47,569 nt of DNA, from assembly GCA_964512815.1 (NCBI GenBank), contig CAZEKE010000068.1, positions 1-47,569 of the forward strand, written 5' to 3'. The DNA is from an uncultured Acidiferrobacteraceae bacterium. Its GTDB lineage: Bacteria > Pseudomonadota > Gammaproteobacteria > Arenicellales > UBA868. Below, piece by piece: positions 23,858-32,700 of the stretch; position 1 is the first letter of the stretch; each line of letters begins with the position of its first letter. A program made the position numbers and the translations under genes. The notes below the pieces were generated by a model, which worked only from the letters and a program-made list of their open reading frames with translations, had not been told where the DNA came from and ran no database searches.

Positions 23858-25392
23858 CCAGTCTAACTGTTGGGATGGCGACATATGAAGACTATGATGG
23901 GGTCTACTTCTCTGTTCAGGCGCTACGATTGTACCACCCTGAAGTTATGGACCAGGTTGAAATACTTGTAATTGATAATTGTCCAGATGGAAAGCATGGT
24001 AAAGAAGTAAAGAAGTTTATGGAGGATAATGTACCTAATGGTAGATATATCCCATTTACAGAATACGAAAGTTGTTTTGTTAAGGGTCAGGTATTTGAAC
24101 AAGCGAGAAGTGATTATGTTCTATGTATAGACTGTCATGTCATGCTGGCCCCAGGATCACTTAAACAGTTGATTAGTTACTATACAGCCTTTCCCAATAC
24201 TAAAGATCTAATACAGGGACCACTCATACATGAAGATCTTATAGGGTACTCAACTCATTTAAATATGGAATGGCAGAATCAAGCATATGGACACTGGGCA
24301 ACAGATGAAAATTTATTAAAATCTGGAGAAGCATTTGAGATACCTGCTATGGGATGTGGAATCTTCTCCTGTAAGAAAGAACATTGGCCTGGATTCCACC
24401 CGCTCCTTCGAGGATTTGGAGGAGAAGAATTTTACCTACATGAGAAGTTCAGACAAAGGGGTGGTCGTGCGTTGTGTCTTCCTTTTCTAAAGTGGCTCCA
24501 TAGATTTGGAAGACCTGAAGGAGTTAAGTATCTTATAGACATGCATTGCAAGGCTAGAAATTTTATGATAGGTTGGATGGAACTATACAAAGATAAGAAC
24601 CACCCCATGATACGTTCAATCATTGACCACTTTACAGAGTGGAACTATACGAGAGAGGAATTAGAGCGTCTTCTAGACAATGTTATAGAAGAAATGGACT
24701 CTAATGTATTACATGTTACGTCACTTGAAGAAAAATTTACTGACATTTATAAGTCTAAAAAGTGGGGTAACAAGGATACTCTATCTGGAAGCGGATCAAG
24801 ACTAGACCAAACTAAGAAGTGTATTGTAGAGTTACCAAAGCTCTTAAAAGATTACAAAATAAAATCACTATTGGATGCTCCATGCGGAGACTTCTTCTGG
24901 ATGGAGAAGGTAAAGTTAGGTAATACTAAGTACATTGGAGCAGACATTGTTCCTGATATTATCACAAACAACAAACAGTATGAAACTAAGAACAAGTCTT
25001 TTAGACAACTAGACATAACTAAAGATGATCTGCCGAAAGTAGATCTTATACTGGTACGAGATTGCCTTGTCCATCTAACACATGAAGATATCATGAATTT
25101 TATAGATAACCTTTCTAGATCAGATATAAAATATTTACTTACTACCACATTTCCAGATAGGGACCACAATCCCAAGATAAGTACTGGGAATTGGAGACCA
25201 CTAAACTTACAAATACCGCCATTCTCTCTCCCTGAACCGATAAAAATAATTAATGAGGGATGTACAGAATCTGGCGGAATATATAAAGACAAGTCCTTGG
25301 GACTTTGGAGAATAGAAGACCTTATTAAGGAGAAAGAATATGAAATACCAGGCACTCAAGGCCCGATACAAAGCAGAAGTAGCGATAGCTAA
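23854..25392 (+). CDS. fusion protein: family 2 glycosyltransferase-like domain plus class I SAM methyltransferase-like domain
   Basis: N-terminal VGMATYEDYDGVYFSVQAL, LVIDNCPDG, VLCIDCHV (GT-A/DxD-like). C-terminal SLLDAPCGDFFWM and LILVRDCLVHL (SAM-binding motifs I and post-I). Confidence 0.65.
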   Translation: MTSLTVGMATYEDYDGVYFSVQALRLYHPEVMDQVEILVIDNCPDGKHGKEVKKFMEDNVPNGRYIPFTEYESCFVKGQVFEQARSDYVLCIDCHVMLAPGSLKQLISYYTAFPNTKDLIQGPLIHEDLIGYSTHLNMEWQNQAYGHWATDENLLKSGEAFEIPAMGCGIFSCKKEHWPGFHPLLRGFGGEEFYLHEKFRQRGGRALCLPFLKWLHRFGRPEGVKYLIDMHCKARNFMIGWMELYKDKNHPMIRSIIDHFTEWNYTREELERLLDNVIEEMDSNVLHVTSLEEKFTDIYKSKKWGNKDTLSGSGSRLDQTKKCIVELPKLLKDYKIKSLLDAPCGDFFWMEKVKLGNTKYIGADIVPDIITNNKQYETKNKSFRQLDITKDDLPKVDLILVRDCLVHLTHEDIMNFIDNLSRSDIKYLLTTTFPDRDHNPKISTGNWRPLNLQIPPFSLPEPIKIINEGCTESGGIYKDKSLGLWRIEDLIKEKEYEIPGTQGPIQSRSSDS

Positions 25393-25549
25393 AGCAGAGC
25401 TTTCCAACTATTTTGAAAATCCTGTAGCTGTTGGGGATCACCCTCATCTAATAAATTCTATGGATGAACTGGTTGCACAGCTTGCACAGGCCGAAGAAAA
25501 GATAACAGCACTTGAATATTTTGTACGTTACCAAGATGACATCGAGTGA
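25340..25549 (+). CDS. hypothetical helical protein
   Basis: 69 aa. AAGGAG SD. Confidence 0.5.
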   Translation: MKYQALKARYKAEVAIAKAELSNYFENPVAVGDHPHLINSMDELVAQLAQAEEKITALEYFVRYQDDIE

Positions 25550-26244
25550 CTGAACTAACATATAAAATGCTGACTCTGCCTTCCGTGTTTTTAATGGAGG
25601 CACAGATTCCTAAAAAAATTATCGACTCTTTAAATAAGTATTTAGATAAGTTACTAAAAAATAAGGATCGTAAGACTGCCGCCGACACATTAGTTGGACA
25701 GATACACGGCGGTGAACAGCTTACTATGGATCATGAGTGTAAAGAATTGGAGGAAGTTAGAATAGATTTTTGCAGTATAGCTGCTAGGTATGTAGCAGAC
25801 TTTCTAGGCATGACAGGGCAAACGCTTATTGGCGATAGACAAATAGATATAGATAAACTATGGTCAGTTCATAGCTACGAAGGAGATTATAATCCACTCC
25901 ATGATCACGGAACCAAGACAGCTATGGGTGTTAGTTGTACTACCTGGACTAAAATTCCAGAACAGATTTCTAAATTAACTGACCCATCCGAAGAAGGGAA
26001 GCTTAATTATTACAATGCTTCAGGTTGTTCAGATGGTTTCTTAGAATTTTTCTATGGTAGAAACTCGACAAGAGATAAAGAAATATTAAAACCTACATAT
26101 GCTACTATGTGTAAACCTAAAGTAGGCACAATATATTTCTTTCCTTCTTGGTTGCAACACACAGTCTATCCTTTTAGGGGAGAAGGGGAACGTCGGACTG
26201 TGGCTGCAAACTTTAATTGCTTCCCTGTGGAGAACAATAAATGA
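25546..26244 (+). CDS. 2OG-Fe(II) oxygenase superfamily protein
   Basis: HxD in NPLHDHG, distal His in FPSWLQHTVYPF, Arg in RRTVAANF. Layout matches the short phage/marine 2OG-FeII oxygenase type. Confidence 0.65.
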   Translation: MTELTYKMLTLPSVFLMEAQIPKKIIDSLNKYLDKLLKNKDRKTAADTLVGQIHGGEQLTMDHECKELEEVRIDFCSIAARYVADFLGMTGQTLIGDRQIDIDKLWSVHSYEGDYNPLHDHGTKTAMGVSCTTWTKIPEQISKLTDPSEEGKLNYYNASGCSDGFLEFFYGRNSTRDKEILKPTYATMCKPKVGTIYFFPSWLQHTVYPFRGEGERRTVAANFNCFPVENNK

Positions 26245-27239
26245 GTCTTCTTAGTACTAGAAGTTATTACAAACCGTTCGATCATCCTTGGATGTTTGAT
26301 TACTATCTTGAGCAGAACAAAATGCATTGGTTGCCCGAAGAGGTTCCCCTGCACACCGACGTTAAAGATTGGTCAGAGGTTCTAACGGATGTCGAAAGAA
26401 ATTTATTGACACAGATATTCAGGCTGTTCACCCAATCAGATGTTGATGTTGGTGCAGGGTATGTAGATAAATACATGCGTATATTTAAAAAGCCTGAAGC
26501 ACGTATGATGATGGGTTCATTTGCAAATATGGAGAGCATTCATCAACATGCCTATAGCCTACTATTAGATACGGTAGGTATGCCAGAGCTAGAGTATAAA
26601 GCCTTTGATGAGTATGAGGAGATGGCTAAGAAGCATGAATATGTTAATAATTTTAAAGTTACTGCCTCTAATAAGGAGTCTATTGCCAAAGCTTTAGCAG
26701 TTTACTCAGCATTTACTGAGGGGCTTCAACTGTTCAGTAGTTTCATCATCTTATTAAACTTTTCACGGTTCGGTAAGATGAAAGGAATGGGTCAAATTGT
26801 TACATTTAGTATCAAAGATGAATCACTTCATGTCGAAGCAATGACTAAGTTATTCAGGGAGTTTGTACACGAGAACATTGACATTTGGCAAGACGATTTC
26901 AAGAAGGAAATATATCAAACCTGTAGAGAGATGGTGCATCTAGAAGATAAGTTTCTAGATCTTGTCTTCGAGATGGGTGATATCCAGGGCTTAACTAAGA
27001 AGGAAATGTACGAGTATAATAGATACATAGCTGACAGGCGACTTCTCCAGTTGGGCCTCAAACCAAACTTTGGGGTTAAGGACAATCCACTACCTTGGGT
27101 AGACGAAGTGCTTGGTGTTGAACACCAGAACTTCTTTGAGGGCAGGTCAACTTCATATCAGAAGGCAGGGCTTCGAGGAAACCAAGAGAGGATTATATTT
27201 ACGGATTTACAGAAGTATGAACAAATTGAAGAGCAATGA
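26241..27239 (+). CDS. nrdB: ribonucleotide reductase class I beta subunit
   Basis: Di-iron ligand motifs MESIHQHAY and KDESLHVEA. 332 aa. Confidence 0.85.
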   Translation: MSLLSTRSYYKPFDHPWMFDYYLEQNKMHWLPEEVPLHTDVKDWSEVLTDVERNLLTQIFRLFTQSDVDVGAGYVDKYMRIFKKPEARMMMGSFANMESIHQHAYSLLLDTVGMPELEYKAFDEYEEMAKKHEYVNNFKVTASNKESIAKALAVYSAFTEGLQLFSSFIILLNFSRFGKMKGMGQIVTFSIKDESLHVEAMTKLFREFVHENIDIWQDDFKKEIYQTCREMVHLEDKFLDLVFEMGDIQGLTKKEMYEYNRYIADRRLLQLGLKPNFGVKDNPLPWVDEVLGVEHQNFFEGRSTSYQKAGLRGNQERIIFTDLQKYEQIEEQ

Positions 27240-27441
27240 AGGAAATATTCTATCATTTAGAATACTGATAGATGCAAAAGGGAATCTCATTACTGAGCTT
27301 AGTGGTCTTCCAACCGAGGACGCTCACAAAGTATTTGAGGGCGATGAGTTATTGTTAGTTAGAAAGATATTAAAGGAGGGGCATATAAAGCTTGATAGGT
27401 TACATAATTACCTGGAAGCTGAATTAGATGCATTTAGATAA
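27217..27441 (+). CDS. hypothetical protein
   Basis: 74 aa from ATG 27217, overlapping the nrdB end. Confidence 0.45.
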   Translation: MNKLKSNEGNILSFRILIDAKGNLITELSGLPTEDAHKVFEGDELLLVRKILKEGHIKLDRLHNYLEAELDAFR

Positions 27442-27445
27442 AGAA

Positions 27446-27532
27446 ATGAAAAATTATAAAGATGTGTGTAAGTTAATGACTATCTCTATAGTAGTCGCCT
27501 TAGTACTGATATATTCTGTGGAGGTGTTCTAA
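27446..27532 (+). CDS. 28-aa hydrophobic micro-protein (not in track)
   Basis: MKNYKDVCKLMTISIVVALVLIYSVEVF. TAATG overlap with the next gene. Confidence 0.25.
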   Translation: MKNYKDVCKLMTISIVVALVLIYSVEVF

Positions 27533-27756
27533 TGACAGATTTCGATTTCCCATTTAGTATCATGAGCCAAGAGGAAGTCATTATGAAAACAAATAGTGAT
27601 ATTATATCCTCTTTAGCTGATGCACTGGCTAATGTAGAATCTGGAAAAGATTCTGAAATGCTTTTAAATCATATACAGAAACACGCAAGTTTAGTGCTTA
27701 CTTACTCAGAAAAATTTATACAAGCTAAGAGACTGGACATAAAAGCAGTCACGTAG
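27532..27756 (+). CDS. hypothetical protein, last gene of the plus arm
   Basis: 74 aa. GGAGG SD upstream. Confidence 0.5.
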   Translation: MTDFDFPFSIMSQEEVIMKTNSDIISSLADALANVESGKDSEMLLNHIQKHASLVLTYSEKFIQAKRLDIKAVT

Positions 27757-27918
27757 TCATTCGTTTTGCAGCCACTCTCTCTTATAAAATATTCCTGAGA
27801 GCCACCACATGTAAAGATCTTTGTACTCATCTAGGGTGAGCCTTGTTGACAATACATCGTTGTTCTCATCACAGTGATCAAGCCACATCCGAGTACAGAA
27901 GCTATCAAAATTACTCAT
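27757..27918 (-). CDS. 53-aa hypothetical protein, last gene of the minus arm (not in track)
   Basis: MSNFDSFCTRMWLDHCDENNDVLSTRLTLDEYKDLYMWWLSGIFYKREWLQNE. ATGA overlap with the holin-like gene. Confidence 0.45.
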   Translation of the reverse strand: MSNFDSFCTRMWLDHCDENNDVLSTRLTLDEYKDLYMWWLSGIFYKREWLQNE

Positions 27919-28295
27919 TTCTTCTTCTTATTCATAACGCCTATCACACTTCGCACCCCAAAGGATGCCGCTACAATAACAGACAAAGTATATTGATAAA
28001 AATCAGGCATACTCTCTAGCACTGCAAATCCCTCTCTAACATATGGAACCATTGAAGGTATGAAGCACATGATAAGAGGTATACTAAAGAGCAGCGTTAG
28101 CCACTCATCCTTCCAGCTTTGACCGCTATTACGTGCCATCGCAGCCTCCCAATCAGCAGCACTCTCGGCTTGCTTAATCATAACCGTAGCCTCTGCTTCA
28201 GCCTTAGCCTTAGTCTTCGCTACACGGCCTTCTAGCCACGTTCCTGCAAGTCTTGAAATAGCATCAATAATTGGGATCATTATCAAAACCTCCAA
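27915..28295 (-). CDS. holin-like membrane protein
   Basis: 126 aa. Amphipathic N-terminus, SWKDEW segment, then 2-3 hydrophobic helices. Resembles the 3-TM holin type associated with gene-transfer agents. Confidence 0.45.
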   Translation of the reverse strand: MEVLIMIPIIDAISRLAGTWLEGRVAKTKAKAEAEATVMIKQAESAADWEAAMARNSGQSWKDEWLTLLFSIPLIMCFIPSMVPYVREGFAVLESMPDFYQYTLSVIVAASFGVRSVIGVMNKKKK

Positions 28296-28449
28296 ACAGC
28301 TCTGTGAGATCCTCTAGCAGGGCCTCTTGTTGCTCCTCGAACATCTTTCTAAAGTTATCAATACTTATAAATGGAACACCGTTTATACCTTGATGTTTCG
28401 CATATATACGATAAGCTTTATCAAGTTGTCTTTCATCATATAAAATCAT
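28264..28449 (-). CDS. hypothetical protein
   Basis: 61 aa ORF. Confidence 0.4.
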   Translation of the reverse strand: MILYDERQLDKAYRIYAKHQGINGVPFISIDNFRKMFEEQQEALLEDLTELFGGFDNDPNY

Positions 28450-28460
28450 TAGTTATAATC

Positions 28461-29354
28461 CTACCAAATACTACCATCACCTAACCCACCATACGGTCCT
28501 ATGACATCTTCCTCTGAAAAGGTTTCTTCTTTTTGAGTAGGCTCTCCTAAGTCTTGACCAGACATTAAAAAGCTCTTAATTGCATTCTTTCTTTTCGCCT
28601 CTCGCCGCCTCTTACCAGCTTCAAAGGTATCGTTTTTGTCATACAAGAACTGTAGCTCTTGATGATCAAAGAACTCATACATCCTCTCAGGGTGTGTACT
28701 GAAGCCCATCCAAGTCATAACATCTATCCCGAAGCCTAACTGCATGGAAGTTATACGGCTCGTTAGCCCTAATAGATGGCCCTTGTCACCGTGGAATAAA
28801 CCTCCTCCAGAGTTTCCAAATACACTCGAAGCATTCGTCATAATATAGGACTTCTGCTCAATGAGTTCTCGGAGGTAGGTAAGTGTGCCAGGGTTTGCAA
28901 AGGGGTCATGTAGAAGACTACAGCCACTTGTCCACGTTGGATCAAATAAGCGTAGATCATCTATCTCATCTTTAGGTAGGATGGAGGCTGTGTAGTCCAT
29001 CTTATGATTGTTATTTAGCATGACTGCTGCTAGATCATGGTGCTCATCATAAGCAATGATCTGAGCTTGTGTAGAGTTTGAAGAAACTACAGTAGAGTCA
29101 TCATATTGAAATATCTCTACGGCAACCTCCTCCATAATATCCTTTTTAACTTCTCTCTTTAGTACAGTGTCCCAACGATCCTCAAGCTTTATAGCTTCAG
29201 CGATAACGTGCTGACAGGTAAGTACGATGTTGATGTACTTATTAGTCTTAGGATCTGGCTTACTATAAACAAGTACGCCGCTACCACCACCCTTGCCGCA
29301 ACGGACACGGGTAACAGGATATAAAATCTTTTCATGTAACTCTTTATTCTTCAT
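28461..29354 (-). CDS. trypsin-like (S1 family) serine peptidase
   Basis: His motif VLTCQHV. Ser motif GNSGGGLF (the GDSGG equivalent). 297 aa. Confidence 0.65.
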   Translation of the reverse strand: MKNKELHEKILYPVTRVRCGKGGGSGVLVYSKPDPKTNKYINIVLTCQHVIAEAIKLEDRWDTVLKREVKKDIMEEVAVEIFQYDDSTVVSSNSTQAQIIAYDEHHDLAAVMLNNNHKMDYTASILPKDEIDDLRLFDPTWTSGCSLLHDPFANPGTLTYLRELIEQKSYIMTNASSVFGNSGGGLFHGDKGHLLGLTSRITSMQLGFGIDVMTWMGFSTHPERMYEFFDHQELQFLYDKNDTFEAGKRRREAKRKNAIKSFLMSGQDLGEPTQKEETFSEEDVIGPYGGLGDGSIW

Positions 29355-29623
29355 GGTACTTTACTCCTTGCGTATTCACGACACCATTCTGAAGGTGACG
29401 GTCCATCAATACCCATCTCCATAAGTATACGATATGTACTATAATTTGTTAGTGGATAATCTGGTTGTATACCCAAAAACACTTCCTTTTCACAGTCTCT
29501 TTGAACTTCTCCACGTAGCTTATGTTTTATTTCTTCAAATGTTCTTGGTTCTTGAGATATAGAGGCGCATCCTAATAGTAAAATCAGCACCAAACTATTT
29601 TGTACGTATCCTCTCATTTTCAA
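29351..29623 (-). CDS. putative lipoprotein
   Basis: Signal peptide with lipobox LLLGC. 90 aa. Confidence 0.5.
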   Translation of the reverse strand: MKMRGYVQNSLVLILLLGCASISQEPRTFEEIKHKLRGEVQRDCEKEVFLGIQPDYPLTNYSTYRILMEMGIDGPSPSEWCREYARSKVP

Positions 29624-29786
29624 TTAAATCTATAATCATCCGAGTCATCAGTAATTCTTTCTCAACAATCTCGGCTTTAACTTTTAACTGCTCTAGTTCT
29701 CTATGATAAAATTCTAGCTCCTCTTCTTTACGTCGCTTCTGTTCGAGAAGCTCAGTAATTAATATTATTGTCCCATCATTGTCCAT
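29595..29786 (-). CDS. small coiled-coil protein
   Basis: 63 aa, charged helical sequence. Confidence 0.4.
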   Translation of the reverse strand: MDNDGTIILITELLEQKRRKEEELEFYHRELEQLKVKAEIVEKELLMTRMIIDLIENERIRTK

Positions 29787-29791
29787 ACGGA

Positions 29792-32700
29792 CTAGTTAAA
29801 GAGAAGCCCCAAGAAGAAGTCCTTAATACTTTCTAAACGTGTTTTAGATTCATCCTGACTTAGCATAGCATCTACAATATTTTGAGCTTGTTCTAGTTCG
29901 TCTATGCGATCATCAGACCAATCCACATAATCCTGCATCGTTTCATTAGAAAGTGCAGGTATTACTTGCTCATACGTGTATATTCTTTCTCTAGGGAGAG
30001 TATCCTTCCACTTATGTAAGTCACGATATAATTCTGTAAAACGTCCTATCGGTAGGTCTTCCTTATGAGCCAACTCCATCATGTACAATTCTAATGATTG
30101 AAACATATCCCAGACACCACCCCGATATCTTTCTTCTAGAATATTTATATAACGATGACCATTTTCTAAAATACCGTCTAGAACAGATATATTTCTGTCA
30201 ACCTCTTTCGGAGTGCTGCCTAAAACGCCACTGTACTGCTCATATAAGCGTTTTTCATTGACTGTCCAAAACTTTTCGGGCTTATGCACAATTTTCTTAT
30301 ACTGTTCAAGATACTCATTTGCTTGTCCTAAACTTCGATACATCCCACGATGCATCCTTTCATGCCATAAAGTATAAGCCGTGTTTTCAGGAGAACCCTT
30401 TAGCATACTTTGACCCTCCACAAATATATCTCCTGCACGAATAGTCTCTTCTTGTGATACACTATCAGGAAGGCTTTCTGTAACTTTTTCGTAAAACTCT
30501 GGAAAGTGTTGAGGAGACCCTAGGATAGATCCCTCATCCGCATATCTGCCTTCTTTGTCCAAGTTCCTAAAATACATTCCTGCGATGGGTGAATATTTGG
30601 ACACCTCTCCTTCTGGAGGCATACCGTACATTCTAACATTCTCTCCACCCCTAGACCCACGACCAGGAGCAAATTCACCAATCTCTGCAAAAAGACCGAA
30701 CCGACCCCCGTGCTGTAGTTCTGGTGTCTTTCTTAATTGCAGTTGCGACCAATGACTAAATTCTGTCTCTTCCATTTTATCTAGGGAACGTCTAAGGTTA
30801 GCCATCTCAGCATTATCTGCTGCTTCTCGATACATAACTGGTCGTGTATTTATAGATTCTTGACCGGGTACACCGCTTAACAAACTAAAATCTGGAGGCT
30901 GTCCATCCTCATCTTTAAACCATTGCGTCTTACCAGTTATAGAATTTACTCTACCCAACATATTATTATATTGATTTCTTATCCATTCTTGCTGTTGAGC
31001 TTGCGCTCCTTCTCTTGACCACTGCTCCAAATAGTTCTCTTTGTCTGTACTAAGAAAACCACCTTCAGCATATCCAAGCCTATCTAAGTCTTCAGTAGGT
31101 CCACGATCTTCCTCATCTACAAAGGCTCCACCAGCTTGTTCATTGTAGGGCCTTCCTGTCATCTTATCTATACGTTCATCAGGTTCTTCTGGAACACCTG
31201 GAACATCTTCTACAAGACCTCCTATAGCACGTCCTTTTCTAGGTCTGTCCCTTATTTCAAACAGATCGGATCTTTCACCATAACCTTTCAATTCTCTACC
31301 GCCTGGAGTAACATCCAATAGGTTAGAAATAACACCCTCTGTATCTTCATCTTCTATATTACGAAATATTTTAAATGTCGTATCCCAAGAGTCTTCTATC
31401 AAGCCAAGCGAGGGACTTACATTAGCAAGTAGGTCTGCATTTTGGGGTGTTTGGAACATACGCACAATTTTATTTATGTGCCAAGGCAACCAGTTACCAG
31501 AAAGTTCTGCCGCTTCTTTTAAACCCTGTGTAGATACTGGTGAGTACTTATCATGGGCATTTTCATCATAAGTAGGTTTAGCCCACTCACGCAACTGCTG
31601 AACTCCCGCATACATAGTTGTCAGTCCTAACATTCTCACAGCCATCTTCGCATCACCATTCTCTATCCTTGCTACAAGGGAATTTGTTTGTGATGTCTTA
31701 CCCTGCGCCCACGATAGAAACTGACCTAATGAACGTATATAAGGATTACGACTCTGTGTAAATAGTAACCTATTTCCTACAAGAGGAACAATAGCATCCC
31801 TATCTGCCGCATTTAATCCAATCCTATCCAAAATAACATTGCCTTCTCCCGCATCAAAAGCTTCTCTAACATTTTTAAATTGGCCTAACACAGTAAGGTC
31901 GTCGCCTGTTAGACCAAGGCTCCCCATTTCTTCACGAGTCCCCTTGGAAATTTTACCGCCCTTCCTAGTAACATTCCTCGCTATTTTATAAGCTTGATTA
32001 ACACCAGCATCATAAGCAAAATTACGTGCTGCTAATGTGATACGCTGCAACTGTACAACTTGGAAAAATTTCTGATTCCAGTCACCTAGCCTAGTCTGCC
32101 ACTTATTAAATGGGTCTCCACCATGAGCTTGTAAAGCACTGTATTCCCTTTCCCAAGCATTGTCAGATTTAAATTTTACTTGTTTGGAAAAAGAAACCAT
32201 ATTAGGATTGAATCGTGATAGTAATGCTTTAGTAGAAGAACCAATTCCTGAGTTTTGAAATGGTTGTACTAAGTCAGCCAAGCTGGTTATTGCAACACGA
32301 GGAAGATAGTTTGTATTTGCCAAGAACACCAATGTTGCCATTGAAGTAGCACCAGCAGAACTATATGCATTATCGCCCATCCCATATTTGCCCCAGAAAG
32401 CATCTACAGAGTCTCTCATCTGATTAACATATTTCTCTTCAAATCTCTGTAACTTTGGATCTCCAGCATCTCTGAAGGCCCTTCTAATGTCTCTAAAGGC
32501 ATGGTTAAAGAACTCTCCATTGGCACCAAAGACTCTTGCAAACTCCATCGTCTTAATAGATTTGTCTGCGTAGGTGGAAACTACATTCAAAGCGTCCATA
32601 TCAATCCACCCATTCTCTGCCATAAACTTTCTAGCGTCGGCATCTATTAACTTTCTTTCTTGTTCAAAGTGTTTTGCAAGTGGTCTAAATTTACCATCTC

